Both the position numbers and the translations under genes were made by a program. 64,000 nucleotides of DNA from Vermamoeba vermiformis. Taxonomy: Eukaryota. Shown piece after piece: positions 1 to 13,226 of this stretch (positions are counted from its first letter, which is position 1; each line of letters starts with the position of its first letter). The notes below the pieces were generated by a model, which had not been told where the DNA came from, did no database searches, and saw only the letters and a program-made list of their open reading frames with translations. The DNA lies in assembly GCA_045837725.1 (NCBI GenBank), contig JBEWZL010000239.1, positions 186,001 through 250,000 on the forward strand, read 5' to 3'.

Positions 1-957
1 CACGAATGTTTGTCGTGATGAATATTGCCAACCAACTTCCAGCCTCTATTGAAAGAAGAATTAGCGGAATTTTAACCAGTACATCTGATCTGATCGGATT
101 TGAAAATTCAAAAGATCGTACGCTACTAATACTAATATTAATACTATAATATCGTACCTTGCTCTAACCATGTCCATAGCTTGCAATACTTTGCTCCAAA
201 ACTGTTCTTGAGCACTTGAATTGGCGCTAATTCGCCCTAGATCTTCCGTCTCTTTGCCAATTTGAAATATTAAGCTTGCTTCGCCACCAGACTAGATCAA
301 ATAATATACTATTAATATATAGTGCATATCGCTATCATTAATTTTTCTGGAATTACCTCTGTTACTCGTAAACAACTCGTACGCGCAAAATAATTTGAAT
401 TTGAATGTGAATTGCCAGGCATATTAGGCAAATAAAATGTAGCTTCGCGCAGCACGAGCTCTTTGCTCATGCCTGGAGGTATGACTAAGCTGCCTGTGCG
501 CATGTAGTCCAAGATCGGTTCGAAGTACCGGCCGTTACGATCTGTTGCAGAAAAATTTATAAGTCGGTGAGTTCTTTTAAGGACATTATTAAGTATGGAA
601 ATATACATGAATCGATTTTAAGCAAATTAACCCAGGGGCGAATTGGATCTGAAATTTAAAAATTTACGCATCTCGTTTCAATTAATATTTAAAAACCCAA
701 AAATATTATAAAAATGCCATCGTTAATATAGGTGAAATATTATTATTACTATAATGCAGGAATTGTAATTACGTACCAATAAAATAATATCCATCCTCAT
801 CAATAACAGCAGGTTTAAGTCCCATTAATAAATCAGTTATATAATTATCTCCCATTGAGCTCACTGTAGCTTCAGTAGTATGATATTTCTTGCCACCCAC
901 ATTAATTTTGATTATTTTGCTCGTGGCGCCAGATGGGATTTGAGGTTTCGATGCCAT
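1..957 (-). CDS. BTB/POZ (KCTD/T1-type) domain protein, multi-exon, probably runs off the window edge
   Basis: Spliced exons give IIKINVGGKKYHTT...DEDGYYFI|DRNGRYFEPILDYMRTG, the typical KCTD BTB signature; GT-AG introns. Confidence 0.85.
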
Positions 958-1346
958 TTTCAGTAAATAATCTATTTCTATTCTCTTCTAATATACAATA
1001 AATTATTTAAACGATAAATCGCCTTTTCAAAAAACAGGCGATTAATCATGTTTTGGATCTCACGTCAAATTTCTGCGCGAGGTTCAATTTCAATTGCGAA
1101 TTGAATACTTTGCTGAACTTAAGATTGAAATGTTCGTTTGGTGTCAAAGGATTACTCCAATAATGTTCAACGAGTTTGCAAGCAAAAAAAGCCACATCCA
1201 AGCCAAAGAATGAACTGTTGGATTAAAACTCAAGCTGACATTTACATTCCGTCCGATTTACAAACTATTACATTCTATGACTACAATTACATTCGCTGAA
1301 CAATTAAACATATATTACAAGCTCTGAGAGCGAGATCCACTTACTT

Positions 1347-4300
1347 TTACAAACCCGCGCTTAATCCAACGTGGTGTTTGTAAGTAATGTTCAATGGCTG
1401 TCCTAGCATTAACTCCAGCATACTGACCATGAAGTCTACTAGGATCTTCAACCATTTCCAGCAAGGATTACGCACAAAAGTACGCATTAAGAGCTCAACG
1501 CGATCTGCGTGCTTCAGATCTCGTCTTGTGAGCTGCAAATTGACGAGTGCAGCGATGTATATAGCGATGAGGGCAGGAAGGCCAGGCTTGTCGAATACAG
1601 CTGCTTGAACAGATGCTTCTTGCGCATGTTGAGAAGCCTGAATCTCGTTGCCGATCAACCAGTGGTCCAACGCAAGGAAGGCCTAAATGAACATAATTAA
1701 TACCGAATCGAAGGCAATAACGGTATACGAAACAAATGTCGAATCGGAAGCACCCCGAGATTTTCGGGTTCAAATTTGTGTTTCGGGATCTCATGTGTTT
1801 CCAACGCCGAAGCTAAAAATAGCTATCATTTAATCACTAGTTACCTCTTCAATAAGTCGCTTATAAGGCTTAGTGTATCCAGGCTCCACAAGGTCAGCGT
1901 AATTGGCAGCAGTAAAAGTAGCTTTGAGCATGTCGTAATAGTAGAAGATCAAGCCCTTCGTCTCCGTGGATAACATTGATGGTATGACGTGCTCGAGGCT
2001 ACCTTCAACGATGCTACATGGCGTAAATAAATCGTTAGAAACAATTCCGAAGTAAATTTCGAACTTATTCCATATTTGGAAATGTCATTAGATCTGACTT
2101 TCTAGCGTCCAAACTTACCTTTCTCTGTTGGCCATAAGATGCTTGAGATGCTCTCTATAGTTGAGGAGCTCAGGAACCATTGCGCTCATCATCGTAATGA
2201 AGTAAGAGAAGGATTGTAGTTCATGACCGCCATTAGCCGAGGCCCACTTGCAGATCTTCTGGCAGGACGAGAGATTGTTCATGTTGCAGACAATATAGAC
2301 CCATAAGCAAGTCTCGTAAGCTCGCTTCTCCATCGTGGCGTCTTCGCCTACATCCGTCTTCGCTTGGATCAACTGTTCGAAGAGTTGATAGCTGTAGGCA
2401 TTGTAGAACCTAGCCTTGCCAATACTTGACTTGGCACCACAACAAAATGCAAATCGATTCAAGCCATCAGCCAGCAGAATCGAATCACTAAAAAATTTCA
2501 GAAAGTCAGAAGCGTTCTGGAACTCATTCTAAATTCATGATTGTCGGACAATTGTGTACCTTCTGCTTAGCGTAGGACGAGACTGTAAGAGTCCATTAGC
2601 GCATTCGAAAGCCAAAGTCGAGAACTTCTTGGCTTCGTCGCCGTATCCGGAAATGCACGCGCCAATAGTCAACGTCGTGAGGACCTACGAATATTATTAG
2701 CATACTTTTAATCAAGATATGAATCGATTTGTTTGCTTAAAGCGGAGTTTTAGGCTTACTTCAAGCATTTGCGGAGATTGAGGATCGAGATCAAGTCCAC
2801 CCCAGAATTCTCGTCTGTAGACTGCAGTATATGGCGATGGGAAGTACCTCTCGATGTAGTCCCTAAGGCAAATGTATTAAGTATCCGTTACACACAATGT
2901 GTCACCATTCCCTCTCAAAATGAACTCGATCGAATCTTTACCTTTGAACCACGGCGAACTTATGAAACATGGAGTCGTATTCATAAGTGTTGGGCAGGAC
3001 CTTGACCAAGAAGTCGACATTAGGCGATAGGCGTCGCTCTTTCTTGACTGGAGGGCCTCTTGGCGAGTACTCTCCGGATGTGTTTGGCGAATCCGCAGTC
3101 TCGTCCAGATCGTACTCATCTTCGTTGGTAGAGTCGCTATTATGATCTAGCTTCCTCTTCTTCGAGGCAGGAGCTCTATTAGCCTTCTCGCCCTTGCTTA
3201 AGACGCGAATTGGACCAACGCTGTTTGTCGAGTGAATGGATGTGGTCGCCCCGTTCTCTTTTTGGAAGAACGCTGTGAGCGTAAGATTAAGACCATAGCA
3301 TCCGTTATGCAGCTCTAACGAAGTGCTATCAGAGCTGTCCTTTTCTGAGGGGTAGTGGTTGTGGTGCGGATGCTTGTTTACGCCGACACAACAAGCGACT
3401 CGAAAACGAATACGAAGCTCTCCGTTCTCATCGACGCGGTTGACCTCGGAGGGAAGAATCTAAAGAGCTATAATTAGCCTTGGAAAGACTAAACATTTGT
3501 TTTGTGTGACAACCGACCCGATCCAGAAAAATGATAGAATATTTACCTGAATGATACGCTTGTTGTTGATCTCGTCTTGCTCGTTCCATATGTTGTTGCC
3601 CTTGCGCTTCTTTTGAATAACAGCCTTGTCTTTATCAATGCAAACGGAACATTTGCGAAGCGCCTTCGAGGTTTGGTGACAGATCGCGCCCAATTGAAGA
3701 AAGACCTTCTTATCCTTCTTGTTGCTATTATCGCCGCCAAGGTAGGTACGACGTCCATCATAGAACTTGTTTTGCTCGTCGTATTCCGCGACACAGTTCG
3801 TCAAGATCGGATGCCCCTAAAAATATAAAAATTGGGGTCAATCAAATGAGCTTTGATAAACATGATTGTATAGAATAAAATTAACATAATATATGGCAGC
3901 TAATATGGAATTCTAAGCTTGCCAATCGAATTCGATAACTTGACAGGCGGGAAGTCCGGTATGATTAATTTCGTTTTCAACAGGACTCGTGCTCGTTGAA
4001 GGTCGGTAATGTAGTAATACTAAAATATATCTTTATATGTTTATAATTACGTCGGTTGGGTAATTCGCATTTGATTTTTATGTTAATGAAAGTCTTACCG
4101 ATCCATCCATGAATTTAATGACCAGGTTGTACCATTGTAAACGGCTCAATACTTGGTTCTCGACCTGCAAATTGATTTTGCCATCGCTGTCCGAGGCAGC
4201 AAGCGCCGGAGAGTTGGTTTTCATGTCGAATCCCATCCCAACAACATTGCAGCTCGGATGGTAGGCTGGTTGAAGCATGGGAGTCATAGTAACGACCTCG

Positions 4301-4389
4301 CTAGTATATACGGGGCCGAAATACAACTGGCTCATCTCCGAGAACGCCGCAGGATAGCTGCTCATTTCGTCATAATATCGGGGATCCAT
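1347..4389 (-). CDS. Putative transcription factor with Spt23/Mga2- or CudA-like DNA-binding domain and helical C-terminal region
   Basis: Exons encode C-x2-C (RKCSVCIDKD), a basic stretch, RIIQ, RFRVACC...HPHH, GPIRVLSK and an NLS-like KKRK. Spacing resembles Spt23/Mga2 DNA-binding domains. 3' end approximate. Confidence 0.6.
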
Positions 4390-4919
4390 CTTCAAATGTT
4401 TCGGGTGATTTTTTTTGTTATAGTATTATGGTGATAATAAATCAATCATACTAGGTCGAAAGCCTTGCGTGCTACTCAATATAAATAAAGCGCGCTGACT
4501 GAAAATCTTCCAGACACAAATGGGCTTTTTTGCGCAATTTGACGAGTTGACAGCTCACGTGGGAACTAAATCACCCTTCGGAGGACGCCTCCTTAACGAT
4601 TCCCACGGTTTATAAGATTTTCTTACTAACGCTTTGATTCTCTCAAAATGTTCATGATCCAGGTAGACATTTAGTTTGGAATCATGGTGCGGCATTGAAA
4701 ACTAACTTCGGCTACTAAAATGTGCGCTGAAATGGCGTTTTACGTCTCTCGGCTCCATTTGCCGATAGACATTACGGTTCTTCATTCCAAACCTTAGATT
4801 TTCGGGTGCGATCACGAATTTTGATTTGTTTCATTCTTAGCAGGTTCATAGAACTTTCAACAACGAACCTCGTCGTGTATTTATTCACTTTTAAGAATAA
4901 TATTAGGCCATAGTACAAT

Positions 4920-5483
4920 ATGAACAACGGTCAGTTCCCTAGCCCAAACTTTGCTCCACGAGCAGATGCAGCTTCCTTGCCACCAGCAAACGCAAATTAC
5001 CAGCCTTACCAACACAATAATCAGCATTACCATCAGCAAAACTATAATGGCTATAATCAAGCGCCAAGAGGTCGTTGGAGGTCGAATCGGGGTGGAAACT
5101 ACAGCCAAGGCAGAAAAAGAAATTTTAATAATTACAACAACGGTCAACAATACCACAACAATAATTATAGACCTCAAAAATATCAAAGAACGAATTTTAA
5201 CCAAAGAGCGCCCTTTAATTCGGATGGATCCGGAGATAATTCAAATTACCCGTTCTACAAGCCTTCATTCGTTCAAGATCCGTGGAGATTTCTCGAACAA
5301 GGTGTTGCCAGTGGCGAGCACGAAGAAAAATCCGTGGACAATGTTGCCGAACAATACGTAGAGAATCCGGAAGAGATTCAGCTCGATCTTGACGAAGCAG
5401 CACCAAGCGATGAGACAACTGCTTTGGAGCAACAAAATAACGCAGCAATCGAGAATCCCGAAGAAATTCAATTGGACCTCTAA
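4920..5483 (+). CDS. MPLKIP: MPLKIP/TTDN1-like protein, single exon
   Basis: N/Q/R/G-rich N-terminus followed by FYKPSFVQDPWRFL, matching the conserved YxKPSMLEDPW-type motif. Confidence 0.7.
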   Translation: MNNGQFPSPNFAPRADAASLPPANANYQPYQHNNQHYHQQNYNGYNQAPRGRWRSNRGGNYSQGRKRNFNNYNNGQQYHNNNYRPQKYQRTNFNQRAPFNSDGSGDNSNYPFYKPSFVQDPWRFLEQGVASGEHEEKSVDNVAEQYVENPEEIQLDLDEAAPSDETTALEQQNNAAIENPEEIQLDL

Positions 5484-5970
5484 CCAGCGGAATGTTTTTC
5501 TGGATGTGCTGGATCGGCTCCTGCTTTGAAGGCTTACAGAGCGTTGCCCACCTTTGCCAATATGCCATGGCAATAATAGCCTTCAAGACCCGATAAATTC
5601 GATTCAAGGAAGAGCTCGCAGTGTACTTATTAAATAATGCCAAGTTTGGAAAATGTGAGGTGCCGATTTATTGCAAGAATTTTTGCAAAGCGGATGTGTC
5701 AACGGTTAGGCGATTACTTCATGATACGGCCAGTCAGCTGCGTATTCTCTCTTATGATAATACGCTCTTCTCTCGGCTCGTCATCTTCGCCAAGCAGATC
5801 TTTGCCTTCTGGAAATTGAATATTTGAACAAAGTGTCATAAAAGAATTGTAAAGTAAATAAAACGGTTGCAGTTAAGCAAATTGATGCGATTTATATTTG
5901 TGGAGTCTATTTGTACACGATTATGAAGCGGAAATTAACTTTTTTAGACAAGATCGAAAAAAAAAGATCC

Positions 5971-7650
5971 TTAGTTCAATTTCTCTAATTTGGTATTATC
6001 TTTGGTCGATGGAATAACGACAGATAATGGCTCTTTCTTAGCTAAAATAAGAAAGAAATAAGAAATTGATCTCAAACTGAAACGTAAACAAATCCATTTC
6101 GAAAAAAACGGAAATTGAACCACATTTGGATTTGAAAATACAGGAATGCTTGTGGGATAATAAGACTTACCTTCTTCCACTGTATACGTAGCGCTTAACT
6201 TCCATTCCAAGCCATCGTTTTCAACCGTTCTTACAGGGAAAAACCACCAAAACACGCTACGACCCATAACTTGCTTAATATTATACAAAACGTTGAATGA
6301 GTAGGGCCAGCGATAGTTTTTCTATTCATAATGTTAATATATAGCCACTAATATTTCAAATTCTACTTACGATGCCTAAGCGTTGAATAACGAATTTGCG
6401 ATGTTTTTTCTCGTTGTAGTTTTCAATCGAGGTAAGGTTGCGGAACAACATTGAGAGTTGGAAGTAGCATAACGAGCCTACTGCAATGCATACTGGCAAT
6501 GTCGTAATCAGGTTCAGAATAAACAACGTCAAATTGAGGCCAGAAATAGATCCACCGGGCTAATTAACCGAAAAAAAATAATTAGTCGTTGAAATAAGGA
6601 ATCAAGTGAATATATAATATCATTAGTAGATATATATTGCTCTGAAAAGCCGACCAGTTTAAGATTGGATTTACGATTCAATTAGAATTTTTGCAAAGTT
6701 TGAGTGGCCATGTTCGACACGAAATTACCTTTTTAGAAGTTCGAATGTCGTAAACAATACTAGCAATGATTGTTGCGATCACGTAGCTCATGCCAATGGT
6801 AGCATATGTAACGAATAGGATGAAATACTTGTGGTTATTATGACCCACACAGTTGTTCACCCACGGGCAATGGTGATCCATTCGTTTAACGCATCTGAAT
6901 AAAAATATCATTTAATATACGTCCATATATAACGATAGCGATATAAATACTGCTCGCAAAGCATTTAAATTATATCAAGCGATTTCATGGCGTTCTTTTA
7001 GATCGAGCCGCGGTTCGGTTCTTAAACACCACGTGACTTTAAAATAAAATTGATAAAATAATTACCTGTTACATTCTCTGCAGTGATGCGTGCGCGGTGG
7101 TTTGAACTCTTTGCAGTGCGGGCACCATCGTACTGAATCGAAGTCAAAGCGAATTCTTTTCTTAGCTGGTTTCTTTGCGTCTTCCATTTCTTGTTGCGTG
7201 GCGTTAGGTACCTATTGGGCATGTACATTAATATTTTGCGTAATATTGGAATTGATAGTTGGATTAAACGGCGCAGATCTGACGTTTTACGAAAATTATG
7301 AAAAAAAATCTCAAAAAATCCAAATAATTACGATATAGTTGCCCACCGATATAATAATTATTATTTGTAATTTTCCAATAACTTACCCAGCCAGGAGGAT
7401 TATAACCGGGATCGGAGAAAATAGTCCGTCCCCAACTGACTACAATCATCAACACGACAAAATTAAATACTATAGTGTTAATTAATCCAAATGTAGTGTT
7501 CCACCACTGCCAATGAATAGCCACCACTATCCACCAGCTCGCGTAAGCAAATCCAATTAAAATTGCAACGAGGACCAATAAAGATCTGTCCTGGCACTTC
7601 TGTGAACAACACGTACAGCACGGGCAGTCATCTTCGTCTTCGCAGCACAT
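5971..7650 (-). CDS. DHHC palmitoyltransferase
   Basis: [24 protein letters not shown] motif, SDPG, transmembrane helices, NIKQVMG C-terminal motif. Confidence 0.95.
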
Positions 7651-7797
7651 GATATATACAATAAATTATATACAAAGTGTTGTGATTAACAGCACCGGAA
7701 CTGAAAAATAAAAAAAATTTAAATTGAGAACGTTGACCCTGGCGACCACGAGGGACCTTAATTAATATTATATAGATAGTATATTAATTATAAGAAG

Positions 7798-9299
7798 ATG
7801 GATAGATTTGGTGCAGCAGCTGTATTCAATAACTTATTCTTGCAGCCTTTGGATGTGATTAAAACACGAGAAATATTGAGTTCTGATAAGATTAGGACCA
7901 CTGATTTAGCTAGAAATATTTGGAACAACGAAGGGTAAGCATAATAAATTAATTAGAGCTTGTTTCAAAAATACCTGGTCAATCCACCGAAAATTTATTA
8001 CCTGTCATACTCAACAACTTTCTTTAGCCTATTAATATAATATACTGATCGTATTTAATATTAAATAGAGTCCAAGGCTTATATTCAGGTGTTGTCCCGT
8101 CGATTTTAATCAGTATCATTCAGAGTCTATTTAAAAATCGATTGAAAAATTTCTTGGTCGATTATTATGTTACTCATATTAATCCTACGGTAAGAGAATA
8201 TAAATAACTCTATTTTTATAATTTTAAATTCGATCCATAGCTCAAAATCTTTTCAATTTCAGATGCGATAATCTTAAACTAAAATCCAATTGCAATTAGA
8301 CTACCAAAGCATTATCATATGATCGAATATACAAAATAGCGTCATATTAACCGGTCGCTTTACCAAACAGGACGATAGTCGCGATGATTACCCTCGCCCG
8401 CCAAAATTGGTCCCAGAAAACATCTTTTTAGTTGAAACTCTTTCTTACGGCCTCGCTGGTGCTGCACTCTCTGTATTTACTTCGCCTCTCGACGTTATCC
8501 GCGTTGCTATGCAGGCCGATAGAAACGTAAGTTGTTTTAAAAATTTTGAGCTCAATCCGGATCTCGCATTAATTGATTTTATTCTTAGCACAAGTTCCTT
8601 AACGCGTGGGATGCATTCACATATATTTGGCGCGAACAAGGATTCAGCGGATTCTGGCGTGGATTAGTTCCTGCTGCTGTTGGATCCAGTCTCTACAGCG
8701 CGGCACTTTGGGCCATTTACTCGTCAATCAAGAAGCACCTATTTACCAAAAAGGTATTGATTAATATTATAGCCGTCATTGAGAATATATTATAAGGAAT
8801 AATTATCTATAGGGACAATCAGAAAGCAATGTGCCACGTGCTGAACAGACCCTCGCGAATTGGCAACAAAAAAAGAGCAGTTTTTGGCCACTAGCTTTCT
8901 CGCTGTTCATGGCTGGTGTTACTGCTTCAGTGCTCGATGCGCCATTTGATGTGCTCAAGACTCGTCTGCAAGTACGTACAAGCAACGCAGATCCGGATCT
9001 CCTGCACTAACCTTTAAACATTGTTGAATAACGTTGTATTGACGATATTTTTGCGTGTTAGGCCGACATGGTATTCTCTCAGTACAAATACAAAGGATTA
9101 GTTGATGCTGCTACGACTATTAAGAACAACAAGTAAGGACAAAGGAATTCATCCGAATCAATACTAATTTCATTGTAATTACAGCGCTAGCGATTTCTTT
9201 GCCGGAATTGTTCCGAAATGTCTCCGAGCAGGCTTTGCAGGAGTTTTTTCATTGACTACTGTCAGTGCGATTTTATTCTTTGCCGGAAACGATGTATAA
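7798..9299 (+). CDS. Mitochondrial carrier (SLC25) family protein
   Basis: Three Px[DE]xx[KR] repeats: QPLDVIKTR, SPLDVIRVA, APFDVLKTR. Confidence 0.9.
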
Positions 9300-9497
9300 G
9301 TAGAAACTTTATATTTATGTTATTAGCTCCTTTTGAAATTCGTTTAATATAAACATGTGCATATTTGCGATTCAATTGAAGCCTTTTTTGGAAATAATTT
9401 TCTTTATTACATTATAAACGACAAAAATTAAAGAAAAAAGACAAAAATGTTTCGTGGTAATAATACAACAGGAATGAAACGAGACAAGGAAGGATTT

Positions 9498-12472
9498 TTA
9501 AGCCTTCTTCTTGTTCATAGTCGAGACGGCCAATTGACGGATCAAGACGAGCACGACAGTTCTGTAGACTAAGAAGATAATAATGAGACCGATGAAGCCG
9601 TAGTAGTACTCGTTGAGCTTGAGGTCAAATTGGTCCAAAATGTCAGCGCCAGTGACGAATGATTTGTCCTTGCCGGGCTCAGGAGGAGGGCACAATTGCG
9701 TCGAGGATGAAATGCATTCAACGTCATCGATGTCCTTGTATTGCACTAACATGAAGATTTGGACAGCGTACTTGAACGGAGCAATCCAGCAGATCCAGAA
9801 CCAATAGCGAGGCATATCAGATTCGCCTGAAAAAATTTGACCGTTAGATCCAGATCTCGCGAGTGTAAGTTTTCGAACAGATTTTTTGGTTACGTACTAA
9901 TGAATACACCGGAGACCATGCCCATAATACCGAAGAAGACGACACCAATAGCGTTGGCACTAGCGACGTTGGGAATAAGAAGACCCAAGATCAGCGTGAA
10001 GCCTAAAAAAGGTAAGTTCAGTTTTTTTAGTTCAAAAATTAGTGTTTCAAGAGCACTTCATACCTTCACCGATAAGTACTACGAGGTAAATCATTGCGAC
10101 ATAAATGAAGAATCGATCGGCGCCGACGGTTACACCAACCTACATATGACGGGTAAGTCTAAATATGGTAATTAAGTCGCGCGACGTACCATGAAGTAAG
10201 TGACCGCGCAGAAGAAGAGTGAGTTGATTAATAAGAAGATACACGCCGTTATTAGCTGCGCCAAGTACCATGGGAACCATCGGTAATAGCCAGTAGCGTA
10301 TTCGTGTATGAATCTATTTCTTTCTTCAATAACTACAAAAAATTCAAAAAGTCAGTACGCGATCCAAAGATCTCGATCGAGAATTATTTTTTGGGACTTA
10401 CGTTGCGGCAATGAGTTGAGGGCAGTAAAGATGTTGATAAGTGCGACGTAGAAAGCAATGCCGTAGTAGTCTCCAGCTCGCTCAGTTGAGTTAGGTATTT
10501 TATACCAAAGACTTCCGATCAGGACACCACCGAATGTAATCATAACAATTCGGATCATATAAGCCAGCGGATCTCGCTTCGCCGTTGCAAAGTTTCTCGC
10601 GATAAGCCAAAGTGTTTGCAAGAAGAATCCAGTCTGATAAGCCTTTGCTTTTTCGACCTCTTTGTCGCGGTTAGCGTGAGCGAATTTTTCTTCTAAAAAT
10701 GTAACTTCATCTTCGAGTTCTTTGTTGCGATGTTGAGACCAGTTATTAACGATGCGTTCGATGTCGTCTAGACCACCGAAATCAGCGTTGACGCAATCGA
10801 CGTAGTGATCCGCAGGATTGCAATTAATAGGCAAGGGCTTTCCTAAGTCAGCGAAATATTTCTGCATTTCATTAACAGGTCCGAAATAGACCATTTTGCC
10901 CTAAATTCATGTCATTAATAACTTGCAATCAATACACAATTTGATTCGGATCAGTTCAAGTCTCAATATCGGGACGTAATCTCTTACCTTAGCTAATAGG
11001 CACACGTTATGAAATTCGGCGAAAATAGTCGAGCGAGGCTGATGAATAGTGGCTAATACTGCAATACCGTTGTTTACGGCCAATTCTCGGATCACCTCCA
11101 TGACTTGAGTAGCAGCAGCGCTATCGAGACCAGAAGTAGGTTCGTCCAAGAACAAAATAGCTATTTTAACAAGAAATTAATACTTTTTCGAGTTGGGATC
11201 CGGATCGAACGTACAAGGCTTCTTGAGCAATTCCAAACCGATTGAAACACGTCGCTTTTGACCACCAGAAATACCACGCCTAAGAGTAACATATTAGATA
11301 TGATTTTAAATTGTTTTAACGGGGTTTTTCGTACTTGAAGGGAGTTCCGACAATCGTATCCGCTACGTGACTGAGACCCAAAGTTCTGATGACATCATCG
11401 ACCTATGCCGCCGTTAGTATTATTCTATAGTACCTTATTAAGCGTTACGTACTCTCGCGGCTTTCACAGCATCAGGAATTGAAGAGGGCAAACGCAATCT
11501 GGCAGCGTAGAGCAAGTTTTCTCGAACGGTAAGCGCACCAATCAAAGCACTAATACGAAAATATTATTAATAAGGTTTAATTAAAGCTATAGATATCTCT
11601 CTATGTTATTTACCGTTCGTCTTGCGTTACGTAGCCAATGTAAGTTTTAAAACTTTTGTCGCGAGGTTTTCCGTTCAAAGTAACGGTTCCTTGGTGCTTG
11701 GCGATAGTACGGCCTGAAATTAAGTCTAAAAGACTTGATTTACCAGCACCAGATGGACCAAGAATAGCAGTAACAGTTCCTACAAAAAAGATCTCGGATT
11801 AAAAATTTGTTTTCAGACCTGATCTCGCGTTATGGAATTTTTACCTGGTTGTAAATAGCCCGAAAGGTTGTCCAAGATAGTAATCCTCTTCTTGGTACGT
11901 TTGCAACCTTATTTAAAATTAGTTTGAATCACAAAAATCTTGATCTCGCGCACCTTCTCGTTCAGATTTGGAGACCTGATAGGTGATGTTTTTCCAAGCA
12001 AGGAGAACTTGGTCTGGTGTGAATAAGGTCTCGCGTTTCTGATTATTTAAGCAAATTAGTCATTTTTCAGCTCATTTACAGCGAGATTTCCACTTACCGC
12101 ATTTCCGAGGTTAGATCCAACCGAAACAATTGTGTCAGACTTGCCCAAATTACTTGTACTGTAGGAACGGGGAGGCATGACGTGCATATCGGCACTGGAA
12201 TTGGTACTAATGCTTGATTGCGATACGTTGGCGTAGCTTGTGGATCGCGTTGGGACTTTAGGGGGCATCGGTGGCAAAGGTCGTTGACTCGTCGTAGGAG
12301 TCATAGGAGGCGTCATTAAGAGCTAATAAATTGTGAGTATTGATATGGATGTCGTTACAATAGTTCTTACTCTCGCCTGGCTGTTGCCATGGATCGGTTC
12401 TCGGTGGCCTGGATTCGCGAGTAAGAATTATTATACTTTCGTAATACCCAAAAACTTACCGTAATCCGACAT
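9498..12472 (-). CDS. ABCG (White-type) half transporter
   Basis: Walker A GPSGAGKS, signature ISGGQKRRVSIG, Walker B LFLDEPTSGLD, NPADH, C-terminal TM domain; NBD-TMD order. Confidence 0.95.
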
Positions 12473-12913
12473 CGTGCAGCTTTGTTTCCACGGAAGTTAA
12501 AAAAAATGGTCCATTCTCGTATTCGGACTGAAGGCACATTGCATGGGACAAAATCTAGCATAGTCACATCGAAATTTCGTATGTACCTTCATTTTCTACC
12601 ATTACGGGACGTAATTAAAATGAGCTAAAATTCAAATTGAATAACATAGTTGTAAAATTAATGACCGACCCATGCTATTATATCATTTTTGAGCAAGCTA
12701 TAAAGCGCATCCGATCCTGGTCCCTTTAGATCTCGCTTAAAAATTAACTTTAGCAAGAGCAAACCTCAAGAGCCCCTGAAGTATAAAAAGATATAACGAA
12801 TCATACGAATTCACAGTACAACACGTCCTCTTAACAATTTCACCGATCTGACAGTTCAATAACGGTTGTGCGAAGATTTCCACCATATCTAATTCCGCTT
12901 AATTTCTTATTGT

Positions 12914-13081
12914 AAAATCTGGTGGAGGAATTTGTTTGGTGTTACTTACTCATCAGATCTTGAAGTCTCGTGGACTTGACCCAGCATCCACCATTCGACA
13001 GAGAAAAGAGAATCATAGGAACACGCTGATTAGGGTTAACCAGATCTCTGGCTGTTGTTGTGTTGCTCGCTACTCGCCGTC
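12914..13081 (-). ncRNA. Structured non-coding RNA, candidate telomerase RNA
   Basis: GC-richer ORF-less island between two genes. Minus strand carries UAACCCUAA (13030-13038) directly 3' of a hairpin, enclosed by long-range stems, then a second branched domain and UUUU. Strand not certain. Confidence 0.45.
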
Positions 13082-13226
13082 TTTTTAAATTTATTGTGAA
13101 TATTAACGATTTTCATGAGGCGTTTTAAAAATTCGCCATTACAAACAAGTAAACAAAAAAAACGGCAAGAAAACTATATACAATTCATAGTAATCTGCTC
13201 TTAGTAGTAATAATAATCAATTCTTC

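Noticed and set aside
5492-5827. Coding-like frame with one internal stop after MPLKIP
   Set aside because: No recognisable domain; may be 3' UTR or a decayed fragment
12935-12960. CUGAUGAG (minus) as hammerhead core, UGAGUAAG as U12-like, TACTTAC (plus) as U1-like
   Set aside because: No GAAA or stems for a hammerhead; no Sm site or correct end position for U1/U12
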